DNA of 53,379 nucleotides, filler included, from Bipalium vagum (Eukaryota): NCBI GenBank assembly GCA_037834085.1. It is 3 parts of 3 records of this genome, joined end to end, with 100 filler letters (N's around TTAATTAATTAA, not from the genome) between each part and the next. Parts side by side here need not be neighbours in the genome. Positions count along the whole stretch, not along the records: positions 1 to 18,233 come from JBBMKC010035579.1; 2 more parts are not named here. One strand, 5' to 3'. Shown piece by piece: positions 1 to 13,072 of this stretch (position 1 is its first letter; each line of letters starts with the position of its first letter). The notes under the pieces were generated by a model. It saw only the letters and a program-made list of their open reading frames with translations, ran no database searches and was not told where the DNA came from. The position numbers and the translations under genes were made by a program.

Positions 1-99
1 AATTACTAATATATGTATAATAAGATGTTAGACATTCAAATTGCTTAATAATGTCTTTGTCCCAATTAATTCGAACAATACTGTATATATATATATATA

Positions 100-560
100 C
101 CGGGTGCGGAATAAAAATTGTAACTGTTAAATATCATTTTGTTTTGACGCTAATAATTTTTTCTGTGTTAGTCATATATATTTATGATAAGTATTTTTTG
201 TCTAGTATACGTCAGTAAAATAAAAACTAATTTTTATTTATACAGTAAAATGTTATCGAGCAAAAATCAAAGAATTATTGATCTTTTGATTGCGGGAAAA
301 AGACCAGATGAAATTGCACAAGTTCTTGGAGTACACCGAGCAACAGTATTTCATGTTTAAGCATGTTTCAAGGTAAAAGGAACTATGGAAAGACAGCCTG
401 ATAGTAGAAGATCTAGATCCAATGCGCCGTCTACCATAAATGCAGTGAAAGCCAGATTAAACAGAAATCCTGTCAGATTCATGAGACAGATGGCCAATGA
501 CTTCAATATGGACGAAAAATCTATGAGAAACCTCAAAAAATGATATTAGGGCTATATGTC
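100..560 (+). mobile_element. Tc1/mariner-superfamily (maT/DD37D-like) transposon 5' fragment, pseudogenised
   Basis: TA followed by CCGGGTG terminus at 100. From ATG 250 it reads MLSSKNQRIIDLLIAGKRPDEIAQVLGVHRATVFHV*...AVKARLNRNPVRFMRQMA, a paired HTH region with an in-frame stop; 3' truncated. Confidence 0.8.
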
Positions 561-865
561 TTAGTAGAACTTCTTTAGAATATTTTACATTTCTCAAAAT
601 GATATTTAATTTTCACTACATTGTTCTTTTGCAGTATAATACTATCATTAATTTTTTAGTAATGATTTATTAAATGTAGTTTTATTAAAAATTCAAATTT
701 ATTTTCCATTTCAATTCTTCTTCATACTTTTGTTTCATATTTAAAAAAATCTTTTTTTTGTTATAATATATTGATCTCATCTTAATATAAACATAATAAT
801 TTAAATTTACAATATTTAATTAATATTTTTTCACAAAAATTTACTATACAATTATTTTTTAATTA

Positions 866-1399
866 ATGTACGGCTCAAATCATCCAAAAAGAATTGAATT
901 AAACAATCAAATTAAAGAATGGAATTCAAATCGTTTGGATTTATTTGAAATATCAGAACCAAATGAAGTGAGTTTCAGTACTATCACGATTTTTTATTAT
1001 ATTTATATTTATTGAATTATCAAAATATATTTTTTGTAATTAGTACTTAGAATTTTATGGTGTTATGCGATTTTTCTACCAAGGCGATGATTTGAAATAC
1101 CAAACAAAATGTTTACGAGTTTCTAGTACTGCCACAACTTTAGATCTGATTGATGCTGTAGTTGTAAAGTTTCACCCAGATTTAAAAATGTTGAGCAATG
1201 ATAAGTACGCCTTATACGAAAGTCATAATGTACAAGGTCTAGTTAATTTAATTAATAAAATATCATTAAAACTTTTTCTGCAGATCGTCGATTGAAAGAT
1301 AACGAACATCCGCTTATTGTACAACTTAACTGGGCTTCAGATGATAAAGACGGAAAATTTATACTGAGAAATGAATCAAGGCGTCGTCGATCTACTGAT
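866..1399 (+). CDS. AFDN: Afadin exons 1-3 (RA1 domain)
   Basis: Spliced frame MYGSNHPKRIELNNQIKEWNSNRLDLFEISEPNE|YLEFYGVMRFFYQ...|DRRLKDNEHPLIVQLNWASDDKDGKFILRNE; introns 968-1043 and 1237-1283. Confidence 0.92.
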
Positions 1400-4300
1400 G
1401 TAAGAAGTTTTGGCTTATTTCTTCTTTACAATTTTCTAATTTAAAGTTTCTTTAATTTTTCTACCATTTTCAGTAAAGTTTTATTACATTACAAAAAATT
1501 GACACCTTTCATGAGCTATGTTGTCATTACATCAAAAAGAGGCATAGAAAAGTAGAATCTTAGAATTAGTAGACTCATTGGGTGGATGATGTATGCGTGT
1601 TTCATTTGAAAGAGCAGACCTGTGTGTATGTGTGGGTGGTTTTATGAACAATACCATCGATATAGAAACAATTTGTTATGAATGAAATATTTCAGACCTC
1701 TAATAAAATTAAGGCGTTTTACGACTAGTTAATAATCATAAAAATTTTTTTCTCAATTTATTGTTTTTGTTTTGTTTGCATATTTGTGAATTCATTTCGA
1801 AATAACATCAACAAGAATTCGAAAGAATTAAAAAAAATTATATTTTCTAATATCAGTTAGTACTCAATAAATAAAATTTATCGAATTATTTTTCGATAAA
1901 ATTGATAAAATTACACAATCTCTTTTGTAATGATTTTTAATCAGTTTTCCGCAAAATTAAGCCTGACGTCTAATGTTCTGCAAAAAAAATAAAGATAATT
2001 TTTCTCAAATTACTGTTCGAATAATTATTCTATTATTATTATTATTATTTATTATTAAAAGCGAGTATTTTCGGAAAAGCCTTTCCATTGAATTTATCAA
2101 AATTTTTTTATTGGTGACAGTTTAAAATTAGTTTGATTTTAAAAAGTGCATTGTAAGTAATTAGGCAGTTTCTGTGATTTCATAGAAATCACTCAGTTCA
2201 CAAAATTATTATTGATTATTGTTCTCATTGATGAGATTGAATTTGCAACTAAAAATTACTACTACATTATGACTACAATCAGTCAAAATGCATTGACTTT
2301 GTCCAACCTAGTCTCTGAAATGATTAGTTTCCATGTTCAGATGACACATTGGAATAATCAATGTTGATTCTGTGTATTTATGCAATATTGACAAATCCAT
2401 TGTTTGTGACGAGAAATTCGGCCAAAAACCAAACGAATTTTCGAATATCAAGTCTGCTTAATTCCACATTACGTTGGAACGACAATCGCCATTGACTATC
2501 GCTGATTCAGAAAATCAATATCAATTCGTTTGTGTGTGTGTGCGATTGTGTTGATTTGTGTAGGTGTGCGTGTGTGTATGTGTATGGCGTGTACAGTGTT
2601 ATGTACTAGAGCAACGATAGTCATCATTAATCATGATTGTCAAAAATTAATTAAAGGCTTCGATCAATAAAAAAATTATTTGTTCTTAAAGTCGTAGATA
2701 TTTTTTTAATATTGAAAATCGTTGGCAGTTTCTTGAAATTTCACAATGGAATTGATCAATATTTTTAAAAAAATTTTAAATTGATTAAATGAAATAAAAT
2801 TTGAAAAACAAATAGAAATATTGTTTAAAATAAAAATATATTTGTAGATATTTATAGAAATTTTATATTGTCTTTAATCCGGGTATAAATTTATATTTAA
2901 TAAATAAAATTTTTTATGTATGTATAACAAAAAAAATGAAATAATTTTAATTATTTTACCTTAAAAATCGTTTTTTTCCGTTATCCTAAAGAAAGTTCAG
3001 ATCAATTAAGAGATATTTCAAAAGATATTAAATAAATAAGTTTTATTTAGATGTTAAAGATAAAATGTGGGGTTACATAACTCTTTACGTTAAGTATTAT
3101 TTTTCAAGGTACGGGGACAATATTATTACATAATATATTCTAAAATTTAATCTTTTAACCATAATAATTTTTTCAGGAATAAAATTAAATCCTTCATTAA
3201 TCCTTTTGTTTCTGGTTGTTTTAAAGAATGATTAATTTTAAATACTCTAAATATCAACGACGAACATGGCTGATCTGATAAACGGGGAAATACTATTTAA
3301 TATTTAGTTTTTCATGCCTTTGTCTTCTTTTTCTGAATTACTTTTCGCTGAATATTATAAAAAATATTTGCATAAATATAATGCTTAATTAACGTATAAA
3401 ACCAAACGAATAAATAAATGAATTTATTTGTTACATATTGGCAGGATTCTTTTCAATATATACACAAATATTCGTGGAAATTGAAATAATTCAATTTAAA
3501 ACCGAAGAATTCTAATATTTTTTGAATAAATCTTAATTTATTGAAAGCCTTAAGAAATGACAAGTTATTTTGAAAAATTACTTTTTAGTTACATGGATGT
3601 TTTTTATTTTTATTATTAGTTTTTTAGTTTTCTGGAATATAAATATAATGAAAAATGTATGAAACATTATTAATAAAAGAACGGCGACATTATATTAATA
3701 TTCAAATAGGAGAAGGTAAAAACCAATGGATTGTCGTTGTGTTCTCTGATTAATTAAAAATAATCTCACAAATTTTAACCAACCGGAATTTGACAAAAAG
3801 GTTTTAATTAAAAAATAATACTGTCTGTTAATGGATTAAAATGTTTAGTATTAATTACTGACGAAGAACTGAAAAAATGTTCGAAACATGTTTTATAATA
3901 ATAAATTTTTAAACCAATTTTTTATTGTAAATTGATGAAAAGTGTTTATTGAAAAATAAATTGATTAAGTTCACAAGACTAAAATTTTTAAATGAATTTA
4001 TATCTCTGGTTGCTCTTCTTTTATTAATAATAATTCACATCTTTCGATCATCGTTATTATCAAAATATATTTAATGATTTTGTGTACTTTACAAATATTT
4101 CTTAAAAATGTTTTGGTAGAATAAAATGTGATTTTTAAATATTTTAAATCACGTGCATTAAAGTTTCAGTATTTTTGAAAATTGATAAAAATGATTTCTT
4201 AAATGTGTACTTATTAATTGAGATAGTTGATATAGTAAGTATAATTATGAAAATATTGACATTATGAATAATTTAGTTAACGGGGCATGGTATGTTGAAC

Positions 4301-7300
4301 AATTTTGGAATGTCCAAATCAACATCAGCCTTGGGGACTTTGTACGGCAGTCAAACGTTGCGTAGTCAGTCATCAGCGGTTTATAGTACAAGCTCGTCAA
4401 ATCTTTTTTCAAGAAGAATGTTGAGCTCTAAGAAGAGTAAGAGAAAAAGCAAAGGTAGAGATTCAATACAGGATGCAGAAGAGGCTCAACGAATTGCTGC
4501 TGAACTTTCTGGAAAACCACCAGAATCGAGCTTTACTCGAACTATCTCAAACCCAGATGAAGTTATGAAAAGGAGACGACAGCGAAAGTTAGAATCAAGA
4601 CTAGAACAGTTCTCTGGTGACAATGAAACTGGTAAATGTTATTATAATAAAATATTTTATTAAATCAACTTACAATTTTGGGTTAAATCGACTAGTAATA
4701 TATTTGTTCTGTTTTACATAATATTTTTTCACATTTTACATTTTTTCATAATATTATATATGATTATTAATTTTTAAAAATAAAAAATTTTTTCATTTTA
4801 TTTTATTAATTTGAGCTGACAGTGTAATTTTAAAAATATTCGATATTATTAATTCTATAATTTCAAAAGGAGGAACATTAAAAATCTATGGAGACTCAAT
4901 AAACCCAGATATTCCTTATAAAACATTATTGCTGTCAGTAAATGATACTACAGAAAAAATATTAGCGGAAACTTTAGACAAATATGGATTGGCTCCAGAA
5001 GATCATAAATTTTTTCTCTTAGTTCAGCAGAACATTCCTCCCAAAAGTGACAGATCTCGGTAAATTGGACTATTCAATAATAATTAAATTGATTTACAAT
5101 TCTTAAAACAGGGGAGAGAAGCCTGAAGAAATAATCTTACATAGCCAAGATTGTCCTTTAGGAATTCTTGTTCATTGTCCTCCAAAAAGGGGAAATGTCA
5201 TTTTTGCAGTCCGTAAGAAAACGTCGATGGACAAAATTCCTTTGAAACCCAGAATGCCGCCGTTTTTTACATCAGTCGATACATTAACCAAATCTCCGGG
5301 ACCATCGAGAAATACGAAAGTGGAATTAAACAAGGCTGCGCCAAAAACTAAAACTCAACCGGAAAAAATTACAGAGCGTCCTCGTTTGATAAAGTTATCA
5401 GTTGATGATAACGGAAACTTATTTGAAGAAGATGAAATATTCTCATTGGTATCTCTCACTACTAATGACTTACAAAATGTTCCACCATCTGAAGGATCGA
5501 AGTTTATTAAAATCGGATCTCAGTCATCAACAATTGGAAATTATCCAAATATATTACTACCTCAAGTATGTGTAAAGCCTTATCATTTATCTTTCTTTCT
5601 ATGATAACGATATTTTTTGGAAAAATTTTGCCATTATTGAAGTTTATAAAAACTGTGTGCAAAATAAGACAATGTAATAATATTTCAGAATATGAAAAAA
5701 GAAATAATTCAACAATATAAATTCACACCAATTAAATTTGATGTGAGTAGTTTATTTTGTTTTAATGCAATTCTGAAAGAGCATTTGAAATTAAGTTCAC
5801 TGAAATTTAGATTGAAAATGCCGGGTTTTGTTTTAATCAGAAAAAAGTGAAGCCAAACTTTCAATATTCTGAAAATAAAGTACTTATTCATTTAAAAGTA
5901 CTTAATTCTTAAATATTGATTTGTTAAAAAAATTAAAATTTTATTTTATATTTTCGAAATATGTTGCTATCCAGGTAAAATATCAGCCTATAACGAAATT
6001 TCGTTTTCTCACAACTGATATAAAACAAAAACCTAGCCAAAATTATAATATTTATTTAATATTGAAAACGGTCACTTATAATAAAAATATGAAAATTCAT
6101 AAGATTCATAAGCACCTTTTGTAAAATGTTTGTTTTCAAAATCTAACATTTTATCAATTGTATTTTCTGAAAAGGAAACAATATAACCTGTAGATATCTT
6201 CATAATACAGTTTGAAGAAATTGGATTATCATCAATTGTTAATAATCTTCTGGTTTTAATGGTTCTAGTTCTTTTATACTTTTAAATTCATTCAAACTTT
6301 TAAAAATTTCAATATATCTTATCCAACATTACAATTGTCCGAAAAACCTTTCCAAAAATGAAATTCAGTTTGCCTCTTAAGAAAAAGTCTTGGTTTCCTC
6401 TTGGAGAAAGTCTAACTCTTTTTAAGTTAAACTGTAATATGCAATATGTTAGTAGAAGTCAGAGGAATATTTCTCAAGAAATTCCTCCAAGATTTTTAGT
6501 CACCTTTAAATATGAAGTTTGAGATTTTCATGATATAAGATAACTCATTTTTTTATTAATCAACAACGGTCATTTTTCTATAGATTTGATTTTAAAACTG
6601 TAAGTAAATTTAAGGGGTTATTGTTTGACTGTCACCTAACTATCCATAATAAAGAGTTCCTTTTATATAACACTATTAACTGAAAATAATTTTCTTTTTT
6701 GCGGACTACATAAGGCTATTAAATGTGCCTTGAATTGTGGCTGATTACACTTAACATTATTATCGAGGACCCACTTCTTGTCTCTAGCAATGAATCTATG
6801 AAAAAGGTGCCCAAAGTTAGCACAAAAATAAGATAAATTATTAAATATGAGGTTTAATTTGACTAATTTTACTGGGATTTCATTTCATAAAAAAGTCCTA
6901 TGACTTGTCTCTTAGAATAAAATTATAATGTTCGGAAAATAAAAATCATCTTTTTATAGGGGTTTCTTTCATCAGATCCTTTTAAAGAATGATCTCAGTG
7001 ATTTTATTTTTAATATTACGGTATTCATTTGATGAAAGTTTGATGATGTATATATTGTTCACTTGGAGGATTTCTTTTATTCTGTTATGATCTTTTTTTC
7101 ATAATTATTGGAAAAACCGAAAGAAAGATTAATTAATTAATATTATATTTTTTATATAATTATATTTTATATTGATTTATCATAGACATTTTTTTAAATA
7201 TGACCTTAAAAAGACAGCTTTTGTTATAACGATATATGAGATTTTAAGTTCAATTATTAATTTAATTAATTGAAACGAATAAAATTAAGTTGAAAATTAA

Positions 7301-10300
7301 TTATTAATATTTTCTCTAAACACCTGTTTAATATTTTATATTTGAAACAGGATCATTATTATGATATTCGACCAACACATTGTCACATAAGTGCTAAACT
7401 GGACCAACAGACTAACACAACTAAATTTATTCTGACTCCAACTCTGGATTCTTCATCTCGAACCCCTAAGACATGTTTGGTCTACATCAATCAACAAAAA
7501 ACTGAAAAGCCAACTAAACTGGAAGATGAAGATATTATACAAATTGGAGAAGCTGTGCTCTTTAAATTTGAAGATGTCGGCTTTGAGGTTGGATTTCCTT
7601 TTTTCATTGTATTTTTTATTGTATTTTATAATTTTTTGAGTTTATCATAAGAAAATTGAAACGAACTTGTTTTTCTTACAAGAGAATATTTTAGAACAAT
7701 TTATACCTAAACCTCATTAATTAGAAGGGAGAATTAAATGGTTCTCCTTTTACCTCATGAATAATGATTATATCATAATCAATTATAATGAAAATAATTT
7801 ATGTTATTACTTTATCGGTCTTATTGAATTTAATTGAAATAAATTCATTTCTATCAAGAGGAAAAATAACAAATATTGTTAGAGTAAAGAAAAATCACAT
7901 TGGATATATAAATAATCATTAATATTCTAAAATTGATTAAAGATAGTCCATCCTTGTAAAATATTAATTAAATTGATTCTCTATATTTGACAGATTTATG
8001 GATTATTTGTTTTATCGCAACTGTTATTTAATATTATGCTCAGATCAGTTATGAATTTTTTAGTGCCATAGATCAAAATTTGATCTGTCAATGGCATCCT
8101 ATGATAAATTGGATTTTTTCATATAAATTTTTCATATATGATGTCAATGTTTCACGTGGTTTCAGTTCAAGATTTGCTGAGTTTGGTCATCGTTTTATTT
8201 AAATTGACAGTAGGGCTAAAACACACTTTGTAATTTATTATATATTCTCCCTTTTGTTTGAATCATAGATTTAACTGTTATTATTTTATACAATATTTAT
8301 CAGTAATTTGAGAACAATGAATCTTCAGATCAAAATTATATAATAGATAATCTATTGTAGCTATTTACTACAAACCAGTCAATAAAATGTTTTTAATTTG
8401 TCATTCACAATTCTCTCATTATTACTGACCTACGCGTTATATTTCAATAACATTAATAATTAATTAATTAATGAAATATAAAAACTCAGTTGTTAAAAAT
8501 AAAAATATAAAAAAATAGTTTCACAAAAATTCATATATGAAAATTTAGTAATAAAAATTAATAATAAAAGTAATTAATAAAAATTAAAAATAAAATTAAT
8601 AATAAAAATTAAAAATAAAATTAATAATAAAAATTAATAATAAAAAAGTTTAATAATATTAGGATTGGAAATAATAATTATGATATTGAGATCAAATAAA
8701 TATAAAATAATTTTTATATATTTCCTTGAATCTGTTTTTAATATTAACAATTCTTTCTACCAATGATGATAAATTGAAACAAAAGGTATTTAAAATAATT
8801 GAATGTTTTGCTTAAGTATAAATGAAAGTTTTAATATAATTTTTTAAATGATAATTTAATCAGACAAATTCTTTTTTTCAGCAAAAGTCACGGAATCAAT
8901 CAATAAGTGTAAGCTCAAATACATCAGTTGATGTTGATCCAACTGGATCTTCGAAAAGAAATTTTACAGAAGACCTACCAGTGTCTGTCAAATACTCTTA
9001 TAATTTAATTGAACAAATAATTGACCGAACTATGGAAATGGCGAAGGAATATAGTGAAAATGGTTCAAAAGATCTTTTCAGCTCAAATGCAGACGATCTA
9101 TTCCGACTGAGTCCTGCTTACATGTTCTATTTACTTTTACGATCAGGTTTGCGAAAGGAAAAGTACATGTCGCACTTGATCGATACAATTGCCCAAAATA
9201 TCAGCCAAGTAATACAAATCTGATCCTGTGTTTTGTAATATCAACGTTTACATTTAGGTTATACAAGAAGATAAAAATAGTGTTGAAAAAGAGGTGTTTT
9301 GGTTGAGTAATTCCAGTGAATTATTGCACTTATTGCAATGTGACAATGATCTGCGGACCTTCAGCGGTCCTGCTCAGGATATTTTGGCTAGCGGTATCGA
9401 ACAGGCTTTCACAATTTTACAAAGCCAGTTTTCACAGGATTTATTAATACTGCTACCTGCTTTCCTCGATCCTGACGATTCCGATTTGAACGTGAGTTCC
9501 TCGTTGTGTCATTATTGATTAGCTTTGATAAAAGATTTGATATAAATAAACACGTTTACCGTTTCTAATGAACAGATTTTGTAGGATTCACTATTAAAAA
9601 TATACTTTTTCTTAAAATTAGAATTTGGCCGAATTTTGATTCATTGAATGTTATTTTGGATTTTTCAATTTATCGTTTTGCCAATATTAACTACAGGGTG
9701 TGCCAGCAAAATCCGAACAAAGTTTAATTGAAATTTATATTTATGCTTGATTTTAATTATAAGAGTTAATATTTGTTTAAACATTCTATATTTGTCTGTA
9801 CATTGCGCACAATTTTCAAAATGGCAAGTTTACAAAAATCAGGCTTGGAATATTATCGAAGAGTCGCGATTCTCGAAAGTCTTAGCGCTGGAAGAACGCC
9901 GGCTGAAATAATTAATTTCTTTGGATACCCACGATCGACAGTGTACGATGTCGCACGAAGATATCGGAGATAGGAGATGTCTGAAGGAACGTTTAGTACA
10001 CCTAAAAGAAAAATACATGATAAAGAAAGGAAATAAGGACCGCGGAAGTTTTTCAAAGAGCTCAGCAGCTAATAATGGAAGATCCTGGGACATCGCTTTG
10101 AAAATTGGCAACAATTTTGAAGATAAGTATAACAACAATGCGTTGGATTGCCGAAGAAGACCTAAGATATACTTTATACGTTCTAAAAATACGATAATAC
10201 TGTCTGAGACTACGAAAACTAAGAGTTGTTCGGTGCAACTTGTTACTCAAATCATTGAAGAATGAAGCAGCGAGTCGTCGTATGAAAAAATTTTTACAGC

Positions 10301-13003
10301 TGATGCCAAAATTAACCGGCGGAATGATCGTTGACTTGCCCACGATATTGAAAATGTCCCAATAGTGCCAAGGACAAAGTTTCCAGCCAATGTTCTAGTA
10401 ATAGGTGTCATCTCTAGTGAAGGTGATGTCATGCCCCACACTTCTTGAAAAAGGGTGAAAATATCACCAAGGAAGTCTACGTACAGATTCTGAGTACAGT
10501 AGTGAAGCCCTGGATGAAAACCGTTGCTTCTGAAAACCGCTCATACAAGTTATTTAGTTCAAAACTTGCTGTCCGATAGTGTTGACATGTATTGGAGCAA
10601 GGAATTCTGCCTCCAAATAGTCCAGATTTAAACCCTATGGACTATTATGTATGGAGCGTTCTTGAAAGGGTTACTAACAAGTCAAGACACCCTAATCTGA
10701 CATCTCTACATAATTCCATTACAGAAACGTTTGCCCAATTGAACCAAGTCCTGAATCCTGAGATCTATTTAGAACTCTGATATTCCCCGATGTCGACAAA
10801 GCTGGGCGAAGAAGGCTGAAGCAAAATTTTACTAAAGCTGAAGAGCTCAGCTGACAAAAAAATACTTATTTTCGTTGATTAACTTGGTGAAGTTATTTAA
10901 AGTACACAATTCAATCTAGTCTTCTCTCTATTTTTATCTTAATATAAAATCAAATGTACCGCTTATATTTTGCATCATAATTTAGATTGACTAAATCAAT
11001 ATATTATTTTTTCAGTTTTTGTGTTGTTTTAATTTATTGATTTAGTCATATTTAGTTGATTAATTCTGATATGTTAACAATAATAATAATTTTATCAATT
11101 CAATAATTTTATAATAATTATTTATAATTAAAAATAATTGAAGTTTTAATTAGTGTTTAATGTTCTCAAATATTTTCAAGTAAAATTCTTGATGTGATTT
11201 ATATTTTATAGATAAATGATAAAATATTAAATATTCACTAAATTCTGAACGATTTAATTTTAAAAAGTACTATATATATATTATATAAGTGTATATAATA
11301 AGTATATATATAAGTATATAATAAGATGTTAATATATTCACTTTGAATCTTAAGCGAAAGTTGTAGATCCTGATTTTATAGCTATTATTTTTGTAAAATC
11401 AATTTTTATTATTAAAACTGAGCTTTTGTATTTTATTTCACTTAGAAATTGATTTCTTTCGAATTTTTATCATTTTGTTTTAATTAACCACATTAAATTG
11501 AATTAATTTAAAAGGTATGTCAGTATGATTATAACAATTTCATTGAAGCTCTATAATTCAGGACAATGATATTAACGTTTATGTAAAATTAAATCAAGAA
11601 TTATTTTCTTCTTAAATTTGTAATAATAATATTATTTTGTTTTAGTTTTCAAAATATAAATTATTTACTGCTTTTAGAATTAATACACATTTCCTCTAAT
11701 GTAGATTATTTTTAAGTCTACATATGTATGAAGAATAATCTATAACATGAAAATTAATACAAGGACGAATGAATATTGAATTAACGCTGAAAAATTAATT
11801 ATTCACACTAATAGTTATACAAGTGTCAAGTCGCTATTAGCAAAAATAGAAATATTTAATAAGATCCTGAAGAGTTCAGTGATGATTATAATCCTTATTC
11901 TGTATTATATGTATTATGTTGAACACAGAAAAGGACTGGAAAAATAAAAACTATTAATATATTGAAGTAATGCAGAAGATTTCGTGAAAAATATTGACTA
12001 AATTTTGATTAATGTTGATATTAAAATTATTTATTCTTGATATGTCAGCAGAAATTCCAAAAATAAATATTTCAAACATTACTAAATTTGGAAATGAGTA
12101 ATTTAATATATTACGTGACCTAAAAAGTTTCGGCCGTTTTTTAAGTAAAACACAAACAATGTTTATTCATATAATAAATAAACTTTATTGAATTAGATGT
12201 GTTCAATTTTGTTCGATAGGCTTTGTCATTTATTTCGTAAATTCACAATACCATCACTGTAAAATTTCTGAGATCTCTGATAACAATTTGTTCAATGTAT
12301 TTTTCACAGTCTTCTTTTGAAATCATTGGAACTCCATTAAGAAAATTCTTCAGAGACAGAAACAAATAATAGTGCGATGGTGCTAGGTCTGGACTGCACG
12401 CTGAATTTATCTTAACTTTAATTTTGGCGAGACATTAAAGATTTTTCAGGTTGGAAGTTGTCTTTTGGAACACAATGCTTTTCTGTAGAGTAATTCAGGC
12501 CGACTTTTCATTGTTTGATTTAATGAACTGCACATGTGATGGTCTTGCTTGATTATCTTCATGATAACATCGCCTTTATCTGCGATTGGTTGGGAAACGA
12601 AGTGAATCTTTCAAATCAAAGCTGTCTTGGCGAAATCGCGCTGATCATTTCCGCATCGTTCTTTCTGATATGGTATCATACCCATAAGCGGAACATTTTT
12701 TGGTGGCATAACTGGAATTTTACCCTTTCAGGAAATAATATTTCAAAAAGCATAAGATATTTTTTTGAAATTTTTATGCCATCTTTAAATTCATATAAAC
12801 AAATTATTTTATTATAATTTTTACAATTATTTGTTTTAATGAAATGATTTGATGATATTAAGATTTTTCTCGCATTTTTAATATTTTTATAAGGAAATCT
12901 CTATTCAACCAAATGAGGTACTTACGTGTTACATATTAACCTTTCACTTTACTAATCTCTTATTAAAAAAGGGTTTTTGCAATAATAAAGATACTTAAAA
13001 TTA

Positions 13004-13072
<69 letters not shown>

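Noticed and set aside
5709-6124. Short K/I/F/N-rich ORFs (also 24299, 41524, 47890, 50467, 52437)
   Set aside because: Composition expected from random AT-rich DNA; no homology or splice support.
9839-10441. Overlapping minus-strand ORFs
   Set aside because: Antisense shadows of the decayed transposase.
10835-10856. CTGAAGAG hammerhead-like core
   Set aside because: No properly placed helix II followed by GAAA-N-UH.
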